A DNA stretch of 64,000 nucleotides from Candidatus Vogelbacteria bacterium (GCA_903878275.1 CAIRHC010000010.1:1604-65603), one strand, 5' to 3'. Positions 17,531 through 27,444 are shown, counted from the stretch's first letter. Program-made: numbers and translations. The notes: generated by a model from the sequence alone, not told the origin.

Positions 17531-19462
17531 TTACAGCTTTGTTCCGTTTAATAGAACTTTAAGCAAAAGACTTTGTTTGACGGTCGCGACACCGATCACT
17601 CGATCACCACCACCATAATAGACATAAAGAAAACCATTTTGCTCTACCCAACCACAAGGAAAAACGACATTGTTCACAATTCCGACTTTTTCATAAACAC
17701 CTTCTGGTTCAAGTAAATGGTCAGTGGTTCTAGCCAAGACAATTGTCGGATCTTTCAAATCTAAAAGCGCTACGCCGACACGATAAGTGTGATCAATAAG
17801 AGAAACTCCATGATAAAGAAAGAGCCAACCTTTATCAGTTTTTATTGGTGGCGCAGAAAGACCAACCTTGTCACTTTCCCAACTGTTTGGTAGTGGGCGC
17901 ATCATCGACTGACATTCATCAACCATTTCAGATTGATAATCTAAAGAATTAACATAATCAGCAGAGATATAGCGATTGATTCGATGAACTATAAAATATT
18001 TCTTCTTAATTTTTTCCGGCCAAACACAAGCGTCTTTGTCATCAAAACCCGCCGGCGTAATCAAAAATGGTTTTGTCCAAATAAATCTCCGATTTAAAAA
18101 ATCACCAACCTTAATCGACGTAATCGCCACGCGCGCCGGGCCAATACCATCAAAAGCGGTATAGAGCATATAGATTTGATCACCAATTTTTGTCAGACGT
18201 GGATCTTCACAACCAGAATTTGCCCCGGGTACTTTTGATTTTTCAAAATCCTCACGAGGCACATAGATTGGCTCTGGCCATTTTTCTTTTATGGTCATCC
18301 CGTCAGAACCAAGCACCGCATAGCCAATTGTCGAGACATTATCTTCGCCTTGCGCCCGATACAGAATATAAGTTTCACCATTAAGACGAATAGCTGCTGG
18401 ATTAAGAGTCGCTTTTGATTCCCAAGGGTGACGTGGGTTAGGTTCAATCAGCGGGTCTCCAAACATTCTTTTGAAGCGATGATTGCCGGCGGTATCAGGA
18501 TGAATAGTCGAAAGAAGATCGGTCAAATTTACTCTGGCACAACCGGTCACAGTATCCGCCGCCCCATAATAAATCTGCAACACATCACCAATTACCAAAG
18601 CACCCGTAGGAAAAACGATATCAGAGACATGGCCGACGAGCTCATATGGTTCTTGCGGAACAAGAATCGGACCACGAGTCCGCCCAATAATTTTTCGGGG
18701 ATTTTTTAAATCTAACAACACCACCTCGATTCCAAAAACACGAGGTTTGCCACTTTCAGGAAAATAATTTTGAATATGTGAATAAACCAACACCCAACCA
18801 TAAGGTGTTTTGATTGGCGGAGCCCCAACTTCAACGTGATCGTATTGGTTTCGACGAAGATCGATTTTGTGTTCATCTAAATTTTCATGCCATTTCTCCC
18901 AAAAATTTTGTGACCACAAATCTTCAATCTTATCGACTTGAGCAATCGCCATTTTGGCTGGTGGCGAATCGGTGTGAGCCGAGAAAATGACCGTTACTTT
19001 ACCATTAATCCTTTCAGGAAAAAGCGTCATCGCTTTGGCATTGAATGGAGTGACCAAATGTCGAGCCTCAACTTTTTTTAAATCTGAAGAAATCGCGACC
19101 GCCACCTTAATCCCCTCGGCATCAAAAGGGTAACGAGACAAAGCCGTGTAGAAAGTATAATATTTTTTTTCAAAATAAGTGACACGCGGATCTTCGCAAC
19201 CATATTTTTCCCATTCTTCTTTTGGTTCGATAAACGGCACTCGATTCGTAAAATGAAAACCATCAAGACTTTCAGCTTTGCCGATAATCGACATCTGGTG
19301 AGGATTTTTTAACTCGTCTGGCGAGGAAATGGCTCGATACAAACCATGATATTTAAAACCTTTTTTAATCGGACATAAATTAAAAGCGGCAAAACTTTCC
19401 CAATAATGAGTATTGTCAGTGGAAAGAACTGGATTATGACGAGATCTTTTTACAACAAACAT
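17531..19462 (-). CDS. Tandem two-domain GH130-family (beta-mannoside phosphorylase-like, DUF377) protein
   Basis: Two repeats, each with GCEDPR and YYG(A/G)(A/G)D motifs (CEDPRVTYF...IYYGAADTV and CEDPRLTKI...VYYGGGDRV), typical of GH130. Confidence 0.8.
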   Translation of the reverse strand: MFVVKRSRHNPVLSTDNTHYWESFAAFNLCPIKKGFKYHGLYRAISSPDELKNPHQMSIIGKAESLDGFHFTNRVPFIEPKEEWEKYGCEDPRVTYFEKKYYTFYTALSRYPFDAEGIKVAVAISSDLKKVEARHLVTPFNAKAMTLFPERINGKVTVIFSAHTDSPPAKMAIAQVDKIEDLWSQNFWEKWHENLDEHKIDLRRNQYDHVEVGAPPIKTPYGWVLVYSHIQNYFPESGKPRVFGIEVVLLDLKNPRKIIGRTRGPILVPQEPYELVGHVSDIVFPTGALVIGDVLQIYYGAADTVTGCARVNLTDLLSTIHPDTAGNHRFKRMFGDPLIEPNPRHPWESKATLNPAAIRLNGETYILYRAQGEDNVSTIGYAVLGSDGMTIKEKWPEPIYVPREDFEKSKVPGANSGCEDPRLTKIGDQIYMLYTAFDGIGPARVAITSIKVGDFLNRRFIWTKPFLITPAGFDDKDACVWPEKIKKKYFIVHRINRYISADYVNSLDYQSEMVDECQSMMRPLPNSWESDKVGLSAPPIKTDKGWLFLYHGVSLIDHTYRVGVALLDLKDPTIVLARTTDHLLEPEGVYEKVGIVNNVVFPCGWVEQNGFLYVYYGGGDRVIGVATVKQSLLLKVLLNGTKL

Positions 19463-19487
19463 ATTGTTATTATAATATTTATTTAAA

Positions 19488-21464
19488 TTAATTAAAAGTT
19501 ATTTTTTTAAGTTTGTACGATGGTTCTTCGTCTTTTTTTAATTGTTTAAGTAAATCAGAAACAGCAATCGTCGCCACGCAAGAAACGCGATCAGCTCCAC
19601 CATAATAAATATACAATAAGCCGTCTCGCTCAATCGCTCCCCCAGCGTAAACAATATGTGGTTTGCCATCATTTTCATACCACTCATCTGGTGACAAAAT
19701 CGGCTCACGCGTCCGTGCCAAAACTTTTTGTGGTTTTTCCAAATCAAGAAGCATTGCTCCGATTTTATAACGCGCCGGATCACGCCGATCAACCGCATTG
19801 TAAATTACCAGCCAACCATCCTTAGTTTTTATTGGCGTTGCCCCAACGCTCAACTTTTGACTATCCCAAAAAGAATGTCGTGGGTAAATAAAACTTTCAT
19901 TTTTAAGCCAGCGTTTACCTTCTCCAAAAGAAAGTTCGGCGACCGTATCCACCACAATCTTCGGCCAGAGTCGATGGAAAATTACATACTGCCCATCAAT
20001 TTTTTCCGGTAAAATAACCACACTCTTACTGCCCACACCCGGTGGTGACATAAGCATTGGTTCGCTCCAATCCCAATTTTGATCCAAAAAATCTTCTTCT
20101 GAAATATAAGTGAGTGCTGTTCGAGTCGGCCACGTGCCATTGTGTGCCACATATGTCATATAAATACGGTGACCAATTTTTGTCACCTTTGGGTCTTCGC
20201 AGCCACCCCAGCTTCCACCAGAAGCAAACAGCCCACCGTCTTTACCATAAGCCGGCACTGATCCTCCTTCAAAACTAGCCCGCGGTCGATAAACGGGATA
20301 AGGAAAACGTTGATCGATTTTTATCCCATCAGGACTTGAGGCATAACCAATGCGCGAGAAATCGTCTCGCCCCACTGCTCGATACAAAAGATGCACTCGC
20401 CCACCAAGATCAAGAGCGGTCGGATTAAAAGCGCCACCAGCTTCCCATTCATATGGTGCGGGTTCGATAATTGGATTATTCGTTGATTTTATTAAATTTG
20501 CCGATGATGGTATTTTATTTTTCGGATCAAAATCTGTTAAAAACTTTTCCGCCACATCCAAAAAAACTATTTGACCATCGCTCTTGGCAAAATAAAAACG
20601 AAATTTTTTAGGTTTTTTTTCTAATGGAACTAAACCAATTATTTTTAACGATCCAGCCACCTCCAGTGGTATTTCCATAATTGGCGTATCGGTCTGCCAC
20701 AAAACTTTTGCCGGATTATCTCGATCAAAAAACGCGGCTCCAATTTTTAAAAAATACTGTTCGCCCACTTTTTGATCGTGTAAATTATTGTCCGCCAAAA
20801 TATCTATTTTTGTTTCAGTCGCATAAAAAACGGCTCGCCCACCAAAACCCGGCAAAGAACCGACGACCTGAAACTCCTTTTCGTCAAAGAAAAACCGCCA
20901 TGGTGTTTCGGGTAAGCTAATCTTTTCCCAATCTTTCGGTTTTTTAAAAATCGCCAGATTTATTTTTTTGCCACCACTATAAACAATTTCGCAATCATTT
21001 AAAACCGATTTTGAAATAAATAGACTGGGCTGATTGATATCAGGAATAGAACCGACAACTTTCCAAGTTTTTAAATTTTTAGCAACAGCATAAGTAAAAA
21101 TATCTTTACCACTATGATGGTGCAAGTAAGTCAAAAATAATTCCCGACCATTATTAATCAAACGAAAATTGTGACATTTCGCGAGATCTTCTTTCTTGCC
21201 AGTTTTGTTCAGTAAAGTAATTTTTTGTCGAGAAGGTTTGAAGTTTTCTCCGGTCAAACTACTGGCTATTAAAAGTTCTTGTTTTTTGTCTTTAATTTGG
21301 CGAGACAACAAAACAAAACTATCTTTATTGAGACCAACAACTAAAGGCTCATTGGTTTCAATGGCTTTTGTTTTTTTTACCCGCTTCGTCGTGGTCTTTT
21401 TGTGGCGACGAAAGGTGACTTGTTTTTTTGTTGTCTTTTTTTTAATAATCCCCTTTTTGATCAT
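19488..21464 (-). CDS. Tandem two-domain GH130-family protein (paralog) with a Lys-rich N-terminus
   Basis: GCEDPKVTKI...IYYGGADRV and a second degenerate GH130 repeat. The N-terminal ~40 aa are highly basic (MIKKGIIKKKTTKKQVTFRRHKK...). Adjacent to and paralogous with the 17531..19462 gene. Confidence 0.78.
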   Translation of the reverse strand: MIKKGIIKKKTTKKQVTFRRHKKTTTKRVKKTKAIETNEPLVVGLNKDSFVLLSRQIKDKKQELLIASSLTGENFKPSRQKITLLNKTGKKEDLAKCHNFRLINNGRELFLTYLHHHSGKDIFTYAVAKNLKTWKVVGSIPDINQPSLFISKSVLNDCEIVYSGGKKINLAIFKKPKDWEKISLPETPWRFFFDEKEFQVVGSLPGFGGRAVFYATETKIDILADNNLHDQKVGEQYFLKIGAAFFDRDNPAKVLWQTDTPIMEIPLEVAGSLKIIGLVPLEKKPKKFRFYFAKSDGQIVFLDVAEKFLTDFDPKNKIPSSANLIKSTNNPIIEPAPYEWEAGGAFNPTALDLGGRVHLLYRAVGRDDFSRIGYASSPDGIKIDQRFPYPVYRPRASFEGGSVPAYGKDGGLFASGGSWGGCEDPKVTKIGHRIYMTYVAHNGTWPTRTALTYISEEDFLDQNWDWSEPMLMSPPGVGSKSVVILPEKIDGQYVIFHRLWPKIVVDTVAELSFGEGKRWLKNESFIYPRHSFWDSQKLSVGATPIKTKDGWLVIYNAVDRRDPARYKIGAMLLDLEKPQKVLARTREPILSPDEWYENDGKPHIVYAGGAIERDGLLYIYYGGADRVSCVATIAVSDLLKQLKKDEEPSYKLKKITFN

Positions 21465-21468
21465 AACC

Positions 21469-21819
21469 TTATTTTCGGCCGTAATAATCAGCTAGCCGAA
21501 CCTCATCGTGCTCGGCAAATTCACCAAATGATACTTCCAAAATTTTCACATCTTCATTTGTCGCTCTGGCTCGATGCTCGACAAACGGTTCGATAACAAC
21601 CTCACTTCCAGAATTTAATTCTTCGATTTTTTCGCCAACAGTTATTTCTGCCCGACCAGATAAAATATGCCAAAATTCCGTCCGCTTAGCGTGTTTTTGC
21701 AAACTCAAACTTTCTCCAGCCTTAAGGTATAAAATTTTTACCGTTGATGGCTCACCCGCAGTAAATTGCCGGAACTCACCCCAAGGTCTTTTTTCAGTAA
21801 AAGGAAAATTTTCTTTCAT
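21469..21819 (-). CDS. Cupin-domain protein (type-II mannose-6-phosphate isomerase-like)
   Basis: 116 aa. SLQKHAKRTEFWHILSGRAEI matches the cupin_2 / PMI type-II motif. Confidence 0.7.
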   Translation of the reverse strand: MKENFPFTEKRPWGEFRQFTAGEPSTVKILYLKAGESLSLQKHAKRTEFWHILSGRAEITVGEKIEELNSGSEVVIEPFVEHRARATNEDVKILEVSFGEFAEHDEVRLADYYGRK

Positions 21820-21824
21820 AAAAA

Positions 21825-22598
21825 TTATTTTTTTATTAAAAATTTTATTAATTCTTTGGTTTCAGAAACACCCGCGACCTGCTGACACATCACACCGCTA
21901 CCTAAAAGTGGTTCGTCGTTGCCGCCAGGAAACAAAGCGTCGCCCACATACAAAACTTTATCTTGGCTCAAATTTAAATGTTCCATCAGCTTTTTGATAC
22001 CATAGGCTTTATCAATACCTTTCTTAGTAATATCAACAGAAGTCGAACCGCCAATTTTAACGGAAAATTCTGGTAACAATTCTCGCAAAGGGGCCGCTAT
22101 TTTTTGGCGTTTTTGCTGATCGGGATCCCAAACAGATTTGGCAGAAATCGGTGCCTCCTGACCCAAAGCTGAAAAAGTAATCTGGCTACCACGATCTTCA
22201 AAAATCTGTCCGTAACTTTTTACTTCCATTGGAAAACCAGTATCAGTTAAAACCTGATAAAAAGCTTTCATAATTTTTTCTTTTTCTTGGTCTGTTAATT
22301 TTTCGTAATAAAGAGATACCCAACCGGTATTTTTATAAGAATATAGACTTGCGCCTGAAGTCGGCAACAAATAAAGATTATTTAAATCAGGCATTGCTCC
22401 CGCCAAATAACCCAAAAATTGTTTTTCAAACTGAAAAAAAGACGCGCCCGACATCACCGCCACATATTTATTTTTTAAAAGCTCGGCTAAAAGTCCTGCC
22501 ATTTCAGCATCGAGTGGTTGTTTGCTTTCTGCCAGAGTATCGTCCAAGTCAAAAGTCACTAAAGACAAAGAATCTGGATTTATATTTTGCAGTTCCAT
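21825..22598 (-). CDS. HAD-IIB hydrolase, eukaryotic-type phosphomannomutase-like
   Basis: FDLDDTL (motif I) and GDALFPGGNDEPL (GDxxxxGGND, as in PMM). Confidence 0.72.
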   Translation of the reverse strand: MELQNINPDSLSLVTFDLDDTLAESKQPLDAEMAGLLAELLKNKYVAVMSGASFFQFEKQFLGYLAGAMPDLNNLYLLPTSGASLYSYKNTGWVSLYYEKLTDQEKEKIMKAFYQVLTDTGFPMEVKSYGQIFEDRGSQITFSALGQEAPISAKSVWDPDQQKRQKIAAPLRELLPEFSVKIGGSTSVDITKKGIDKAYGIKKLMEHLNLSQDKVLYVGDALFPGGNDEPLLGSGVMCQQVAGVSETKELIKFLIKK

Positions 22599-22691
22599 TG
22601 CTCTGAATTATAACGCAAAAAAAATAAATCAACTAGGCACCGGACGAAATTTTGCTAAATAAAATTTCGCCCGGCGCTTTTCCACATTAAC

Positions 22692-23186
22692 CTACTTGTG
22701 TTTCTCTTTATTTTCCTTGTATTTAGCCAAAAGCCAAGAGCTAGATTGGACTTTTCCCCCTTTGCCTACGTTATAAACCATTTTTATTCCAAGTTCTTTG
22801 CAGACAGTTACCTCTGGCACTGGATCACCATCAGGTTTTCGATCACCACCATTCGCAAAAATATGTGGTTTGACCTTGCCCAAGGTCTGACAGACACTCA
22901 TATCTTCGGTGTCAGGTTTGTGACCAGTCAAAACTACTTTATCCACCACACCCAAAGCTTCAAGCAATTCTTTTCTCTCTTTTTCAGGCATAAAAGCATA
23001 ACCTTTTTTCTTGACCAGCCAGTTATCGTTATTTAAAATAACCACCAGTTTATCCCCAAACTTTTTCGCTTTTTCAAACATTCTCACGTGACCGATATGC
23101 ACCGGATCAAATCCCCCACTTACCGCCACCACCACACAATCAGATTTTTTCGAATCAATATTGTTTTTAGTATTTTTTTTATTCAT
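22692..23186 (-). CDS. RfaE domain-II-like sugar-phosphate adenylyl/cytidylyltransferase
   Basis: SGGFDPVHIGHVRMF (HxGH) and VDKVVLTGHKPDTEDM...KPHIFANGGD match the RfaE-II / CTP-transferase family. Confidence 0.7.
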   Translation of the reverse strand: MNKKNTKNNIDSKKSDCVVVAVSGGFDPVHIGHVRMFEKAKKFGDKLVVILNNDNWLVKKKGYAFMPEKERKELLEALGVVDKVVLTGHKPDTEDMSVCQTLGKVKPHIFANGGDRKPDGDPVPEVTVCKELGIKMVYNVGKGGKVQSSSWLLAKYKENKEKHK

Positions 23187-23232
23187 CTATCAAATATACC
23201 AAGCTAAGATTAAAAAGCTAGTCCAACAATTC

Positions 23233-23514
23233 TTAATCAATATCCCAAAAACGTTTAGTCTCTTTGACGTCGGGACCATAAAAGCGCAGTTCTAAAAAGT
23301 CATTCAAATCACTGAAAAAAGCGCCGAGACCACCCGCCACAAAAATCGCCCACCAATAAAAACTCTCAAAATAAATCATCCCAAAAGCCACCATCAAAAA
23401 ACCATAAATCCAGTGGTGAGGCGTATTGGTATGACCACCGTAATAATCGCCGACCCGACCAACAAGGTATCCGCCAAAAGCACAAGAAATAAAAATTATC
23501 GCCTTAATCAACAT
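23233..23514 (-). CDS. Hypothetical small membrane protein (93 aa)
   Basis: Three predicted hydrophobic helices. No motif. Confidence 0.45.
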   Translation of the reverse strand: MLIKAIIFISCAFGGYLVGRVGDYYGGHTNTPHHWIYGFLMVAFGMIYFESFYWWAIFVAGGLGAFFSDLNDFLELRFYGPDVKETKRFWDID

Positions 23515-23567
23515 TAAGAATAATTATAGCAAGAGAAATTGTAATTTTCCAAACCTCAAAAAATTTG

Positions 23568-24194
23568 TTATTTTATGATTTCAGTAATTGGGTGTCCGAC
23601 GTGATAACCGCCAACGAGATTGTGATCGGTTTCAATTATTTTTTCGCCAGCACCACGAACCAGAGCTGTCCCAATTAAATAAAGGAAACCATCTTTTTCT
23701 TCGAATACAATTTGCGAGCCATAGCCATGAATATTTAACTCTAGCGGACAAGCACCTAATTCATAAGTTGTGGTTTTTAATTTTTCTCCGGGATACAAAT
23801 CACCTTTTGTTGCTTTTTCAACCTCGCTCGCTAGTACAAAAAACAAATTATTTAAAATTGGCTGAAATTTGAAATGCTCCCCTTCTCCTTCCGCAAACTC
23901 ATGTTTATCTGGCATCATTTTAGCTCGTAATGTCTCACCGGTTTTAATCTGAAAATAAATTGACCCAGATGAAGTTTTAAAAATCTTGTCAAACCGATCT
24001 TTTTCCAACAAAAGATTTTGGACAAACTCATTTCTTGTCTCGCTAATATCCTTAAAATACTGGCCATTATTCTTTTTTGTTTCAAAAACCTCATATTCCC
24101 GGTCTCCTAGATCACTCATTAGCGAAGAAAGTTCTTCTACGCTGGCTGGCGGTTTTTCGCGATCTTCTAAATAATTTAAGTCTAGGTCTTCCAC
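23568..24194 (-). CDS. Hypothetical protein (208 aa)
   Basis: Acidic N-terminus. No recognisable domain. Confidence 0.5.
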   Translation of the reverse strand: MEDLDLNYLEDREKPPASVEELSSLMSDLGDREYEVFETKKNNGQYFKDISETRNEFVQNLLLEKDRFDKIFKTSSGSIYFQIKTGETLRAKMMPDKHEFAEGEGEHFKFQPILNNLFFVLASEVEKATKGDLYPGEKLKTTTYELGACPLELNIHGYGSQIVFEEKDGFLYLIGTALVRGAGEKIIETDHNLVGGYHVGHPITEIIK

Positions 24195-24220
24195 TCCGAA
24201 ATTTTACCAATTTAAAACTA

Positions 24221-24255
24221 AAAAGTCACCTTGGATTAAGGTGACTTTTAAAAAT
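24221..24255. terminator. Bidirectional terminator AAAAGTCACC-TTGGATTAA-GGTGACTTTT
   Basis: 10-bp stem flanked by A and T runs. Confidence 0.75.
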
Positions 24256-24328
24256 CAGAGTGCACGCTAATGTCTCATTAGTAATAATGTAGCAATTTAC
24301 ATTCTTCCGATATTTAAAAAAATAAACT

Positions 24329-24766
24329 TTATTGTCTTGGAGAACAACGAGTTTCGCTCAAACTCTTCTTTACTAAACTAAACAAATCCATTGTAATATG
24401 CGATTCAATCCCCACCCCTAATCCACCGCCTAAATACTCTTGTCGCTTGGGACAATTTTTATCATTTACCTCTTCTTTTGTGGGTTCCCAAAAAGTCACA
24501 GCCTCATCCTTTATTTCAAATGGTTTGGAATATTGACCTTCGTAAGTTTTATTACATTCATTTAAATCATAAACGATAAGAGTCCTCGGATCAGGAGCTG
24601 TCCCTTGGTCAATAAGCAAAAAGTTTGTCGTTGAAGCAAGAAAATATTGAGCTTCTTGATATTGATAGTTGCAGTCTACCCGCCCATCATTTTTTATTAC
24701 CAATAAATAAACTCCACTCCCGACAAGGGCAACAAGAATTATGGTAATGATTATTATTTTTTTCAT
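24329..24766 (-). CDS. Hypothetical membrane-anchored or secreted protein (145 aa)
   Basis: N-terminal TM/signal anchor MKKIIIITIILVALVGSGVYLLV. Four Cys. Confidence 0.5.
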   Translation of the reverse strand: MKKIIIITIILVALVGSGVYLLVIKNDGRVDCNYQYQEAQYFLASTTNFLLIDQGTAPDPRTLIVYDLNECNKTYEGQYSKPFEIKDEAVTFWEPTKEEVNDKNCPKRQEYLGGGLGVGIESHITMDLFSLVKKSLSETRCSPRQ

Positions 24767-24816
24767 AAATCTTTAATGATACATCTTTCTCTACCTAATA
24801 AGATAAAATTTACGAT

Positions 24817-24890
24817 GGGTGCCTATCGAGAATCGAACTCGAATCGAAGGTTCCACAAACCTCAGTGTTAACCGTTACACCATAGGCACC
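24817..24890 (-). tRNA. tRNA-His (GTG) with genomically encoded G-1
   Basis: Minus-strand cloverleaf GGTGCCTATGGTG...TTGTGGA(anticodon GTG)...GAGTTCGATTCTCGATAGGCACC. The extra 5' G pairs with C73. CCA is not encoded. Confidence 0.85.
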
Positions 24891-24894
24891 ATAT

Positions 24895-25452
24895 TTATTT
24901 ATACTCTGGCTTTTTCTCCTCTACTCCCGCTCGATGATTTGCCAACCTCGCGAAACCATAAAGCAATGAGGATAGACGATTCATAAAAGCTGTCGTATTT
25001 TTTTCAAGTTTCACTTCACCAGCATCTGACACGCGCACCACCATTCTTTCCGCTCGCCTTGCCACCGTCCGCGAAAAATCAAACAAAGCCGAAAGTTCTG
25101 TTCCCCCAGCAACGAGAAAACTTTTTATCGGTGGTAATTCTCCTTCAATCATTTTCAGAATATTTTCCATTTTTACCACCTCTTCCGATGACACTCTTTT
25201 GTCGGCACCAGCCAACTCCGCTTGGACCGAGAACAAGCAGTTCTGCACTTCTTCAATTATTTTTTCAATGGGCATTCCCATTATGTCGAGCGAACCAGTA
25301 AAATCTTTAGCCTTAACCTTGCACAAACCGAGCCAAGAATTTATCTCATCGACCGAGCCAAGCGCTTCCGCCACCAAAGAGCTTTTGGATAACTTTTGAT
25401 CGCAACCAAAAACTTTTGTCGTCCCATCATCTCCCAGTCCCGTATGAAGCAT
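24895..25452 (-). CDS. PduO-type ATP:cob(I)alamin adenosyltransferase family protein
   Basis: TGLGDDGTTKVFG...RVEAYGTVDELNS-like block (LVAEALGSVDEINSWLG), characteristic of the Cob_adeno_trans family. Confidence 0.75.
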   Translation of the reverse strand: MLHTGLGDDGTTKVFGCDQKLSKSSLVAEALGSVDEINSWLGLCKVKAKDFTGSLDIMGMPIEKIIEEVQNCLFSVQAELAGADKRVSSEEVVKMENILKMIEGELPPIKSFLVAGGTELSALFDFSRTVARRAERMVVRVSDAGEVKLEKNTTAFMNRLSSLLYGFARLANHRAGVEEKKPEYK

Positions 25453-25482
25453 TGTTTATTTTTAACACAAAAATAGAAAAAA

Positions 25483-25504
25483 GGAAAGAGGAAAGAGGAA
25501 AGAG
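25483..25504. repeat. Perfect tandem repeat (GGAAAGA)x3
   Basis: Seen directly between the tRNA-Leu 3' end and the start of the adenosyltransferase gene. On the coding (minus) strand it is a CT-rich tract. Confidence 0.7.
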
Positions 25505-25507
25505 TTT

Positions 25508-25592
25508 TGGTGCCCGGGAGAGGACTCGAACCTCCACACCTTACGGCATATCCACCTCAAGGATACGTGTATACCAATTTCACCACCCGGGC
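25508..25592 (-). tRNA. tRNA-Leu (GAG), class II with long variable arm, CCA encoded
   Basis: GCCCGGGTGGTGAAATTGGTATACACGTATCCTTGAGGTGGATA (anticodon GAG), variable arm, GAGGTTCGAGTCCTC T-arm, ...CCCGGGCACCA. Confidence 0.9.
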
Positions 25593-25634
25593 AATGTTTA
25601 AATCATAAGCTAAAAATTGTTTATTTTCAAACAA

Positions 25635-25678
25635 AATACCGCCCGGTCTTTCAGCCGGGCGGTATTTTTTTATTTTAT
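25635..25678. terminator. Bidirectional terminator AATACCGCCCGG-TCTTTCA-GCCGGGCGGTATT plus TTTTTTTATTTT
   Basis: 12-bp stem after rplS. Confidence 0.8.
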
Positions 25679-26152
25679 TTCTTCAGTTCCCTCAATCTTC
25701 TCGTCAATTAATTCTTCGGCTGGTACTGGTTCGATCTCAATCCCTTCCAAAACCTGCTCAATCAATTCATCTTTTTCTTTCTTGCCACCGACCAGCACTT
25801 TTCTCATTCGGCGACGAATTTCCTTGGCAGCCTTGTCGCGAATATAATAAAGCTTGGAACGACGAACCTTCACTTTTTTAATTATTTCGATTTTATCAAT
25901 CATTGGTGCATAAAGCGGAAAGACCTTTTCCATCCCAACGCCACTAGCCACGCGACGAACAGTAAAAGTTGCACCCGGTTCATTACCGTGTTTTCGAGCA
26001 ATTACCAGACCTTCAAAAGCCTGCAAACGAAATTTGCCATCTTTTTCTGGCACTTTCTGCCAAACGCGGACAGTATAACCAGCCCGAAGATCCATTTTCT
26101 TGCGTGCTTCGACTTCGACTGGTGAAATTTTGAAACCTTTTAATTGAATCAT
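25670..26152 (-). CDS. rplS: 50S ribosomal protein L19 with an acidic C-terminal extension
   Basis: [58 protein letters not shown]...[10 protein letters not shown] is the L19 signature. The tail [14 protein letters not shown] is an extension. Confidence 0.85.
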   Translation of the reverse strand: MIQLKGFKISPVEVEARKKMDLRAGYTVRVWQKVPEKDGKFRLQAFEGLVIARKHGNEPGATFTVRRVASGVGMEKVFPLYAPMIDKIEIIKKVKVRRSKLYYIRDKAAKEIRRRMRKVLVGGKKEKDELIEQVLEGIEIEPVPAEELIDEKIEGTEEIK

Positions 26153-26165
26153 AACAAACGGTAGT

Positions 26166-26909
26166 CTAACACGAAGATTTTATATTTTCAAGGGTATTTT
26201 GTAAGTCAGTCGGTACTTCCGCCTCAAATCTCTTTTTACCAATTTTGGGTAAATTTATTTCCAAACTAAAACTATGGAGCGCTTGCCGAGCCAAAGTCAC
26301 GGGGCAAAGTCCTTCAGGATAATACAATTTATCGCAAATAATCGGATGTCCGATCGCCTTAAAATGAGCCCGGAGCTGGTGCGTCCGACCCGTCTGCGGA
26401 TAGGCTTCGATATAAGTAAAATCTTTGCCAAAATTTTCCAGCACTTTGTACACTGTAATCGCCTCTCGCAAATTACTCTCGGCATTGCGACTTGCCACCC
26501 GAATCCGCGCGTCTTTCCGGCTTCGCCCAATCGGCAAATTTATTGTCCGAGACATTTCTTCGGGCGAAAAACTAATCCGCCCAGCTAAAATCGTCCGATA
26601 AGTCTTACGCACGGTGTGATTTTGAAATTGATCTTTCAAAAAAAGAAAAGTTGGCTGATTTTTGGCAACAATCATCACCCCACTGGTGTCTTTATCTAGT
26701 CGATGCACAATTCCTGGCTTTTCGATTTTTTCACCCTTTGGACCAAGCATTGGTTCACCTACATCAGCAATGTCAGGATATTTTTTTAAAAGCCAATCCA
26801 CCAAGGTTTTTTCAGTATTAAAAGAATCCCCGTGCACCGCCAAACCAGCTGGTTTATTGATGACCAGCACGTTTTTATCCTCGTAGATTATTTTTATTTC
26901 ATCAAACAT
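26166..26909 (-). CDS. RluA-family pseudouridine synthase
   Basis: [16 protein letters not shown] catalytic motif, plus the ...QLRAHF... motif. Confidence 0.85.
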   Translation of the reverse strand: MFDEIKIIYEDKNVLVINKPAGLAVHGDSFNTEKTLVDWLLKKYPDIADVGEPMLGPKGEKIEKPGIVHRLDKDTSGVMIVAKNQPTFLFLKDQFQNHTVRKTYRTILAGRISFSPEEMSRTINLPIGRSRKDARIRVASRNAESNLREAITVYKVLENFGKDFTYIEAYPQTGRTHQLRAHFKAIGHPIICDKLYYPEGLCPVTLARQALHSFSLEINLPKIGKKRFEAEVPTDLQNTLENIKSSC

Positions 26910-26950
26910 TGATTCAGACCTTATTTTATAGTATAAATTAATAACAGCAA

Positions 26951-27027
26951 GGACGCTTAGCTCAGTTGGCTAGAGCATCCCGTTTACACCGGGAAGGTCG
27001 GAGGTTCGAGCCCTCCAGCGTCCACCA
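26951..27027 (+). tRNA. tRNA-Val (TAC), CCA encoded
   Basis: GGACGCTTAGCTCAGTTGGCTAGAGCATCCCGTTTACACCGGGA...GGTTCGAGCCCTCCAGCGTCCACCA. Confidence 0.9.
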
Positions 27028-27028
27028 C

Positions 27029-27100
27029 GCCCTCGTAGTTCAATGGATAGAACCGCGGACTTCTAAGCCGCTGATGTTGGTCCGATTCCAACCGAGGGCA
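27029..27100 (+). tRNA. tRNA-Arg (TCT)
   Basis: GCCCTCGTAGTTCAATGGATAGAAC...GGACTTCTAAGCC...GTTGGTCCGATTCCAACCGAGGGCA. One A-G mismatch closes the anticodon stem. CCA is not encoded. Confidence 0.82.
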
Positions 27101-27106
27101 CAATTT

Positions 27107-27439
27107 TTACAAACTTGGGTCAATTAAAATTGGAGTTGACGAAGCGATCTGCTCAAAATTTTGCTGACGGGTTTTGATTTTAGTAATCGCTTGGTTGATT
27201 ATTTTTCTATCAATAATCGAAGTTAATGTATTGCTCGCCGAAGTATCGGTCGGACGATTTCCTGCCGACAAAATAAACCACAGGCAAAAACCGTAAGCGA
27301 TAAGTACGAACATCAACCCAACAAAAAAAGTTATTACCGCTTTACGCCAAAATAGAACTCGATTATCAAGTTGCAAAAAATCACTTCCCTGCTCGGTGGA
27401 ATTATCGGTATTAGTATTTTTTGAAAAAATATTTTTCAT
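27107..27439 (-). CDS. Hypothetical membrane protein at the distal end of the pilM-N-O operon
   Basis: Single TM (ITFFVGLMFVLIAYGFCLWFIL). Operon position only. No motif. Confidence 0.45.
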   Translation of the reverse strand: MKNIFSKNTNTDNSTEQGSDFLQLDNRVLFWRKAVITFFVGLMFVLIAYGFCLWFILSAGNRPTDTSASNTLTSIIDRKIINQAITKIKTRQQNFEQIASSTPILIDPSL

Positions 27440-27444
27440 CTTTT

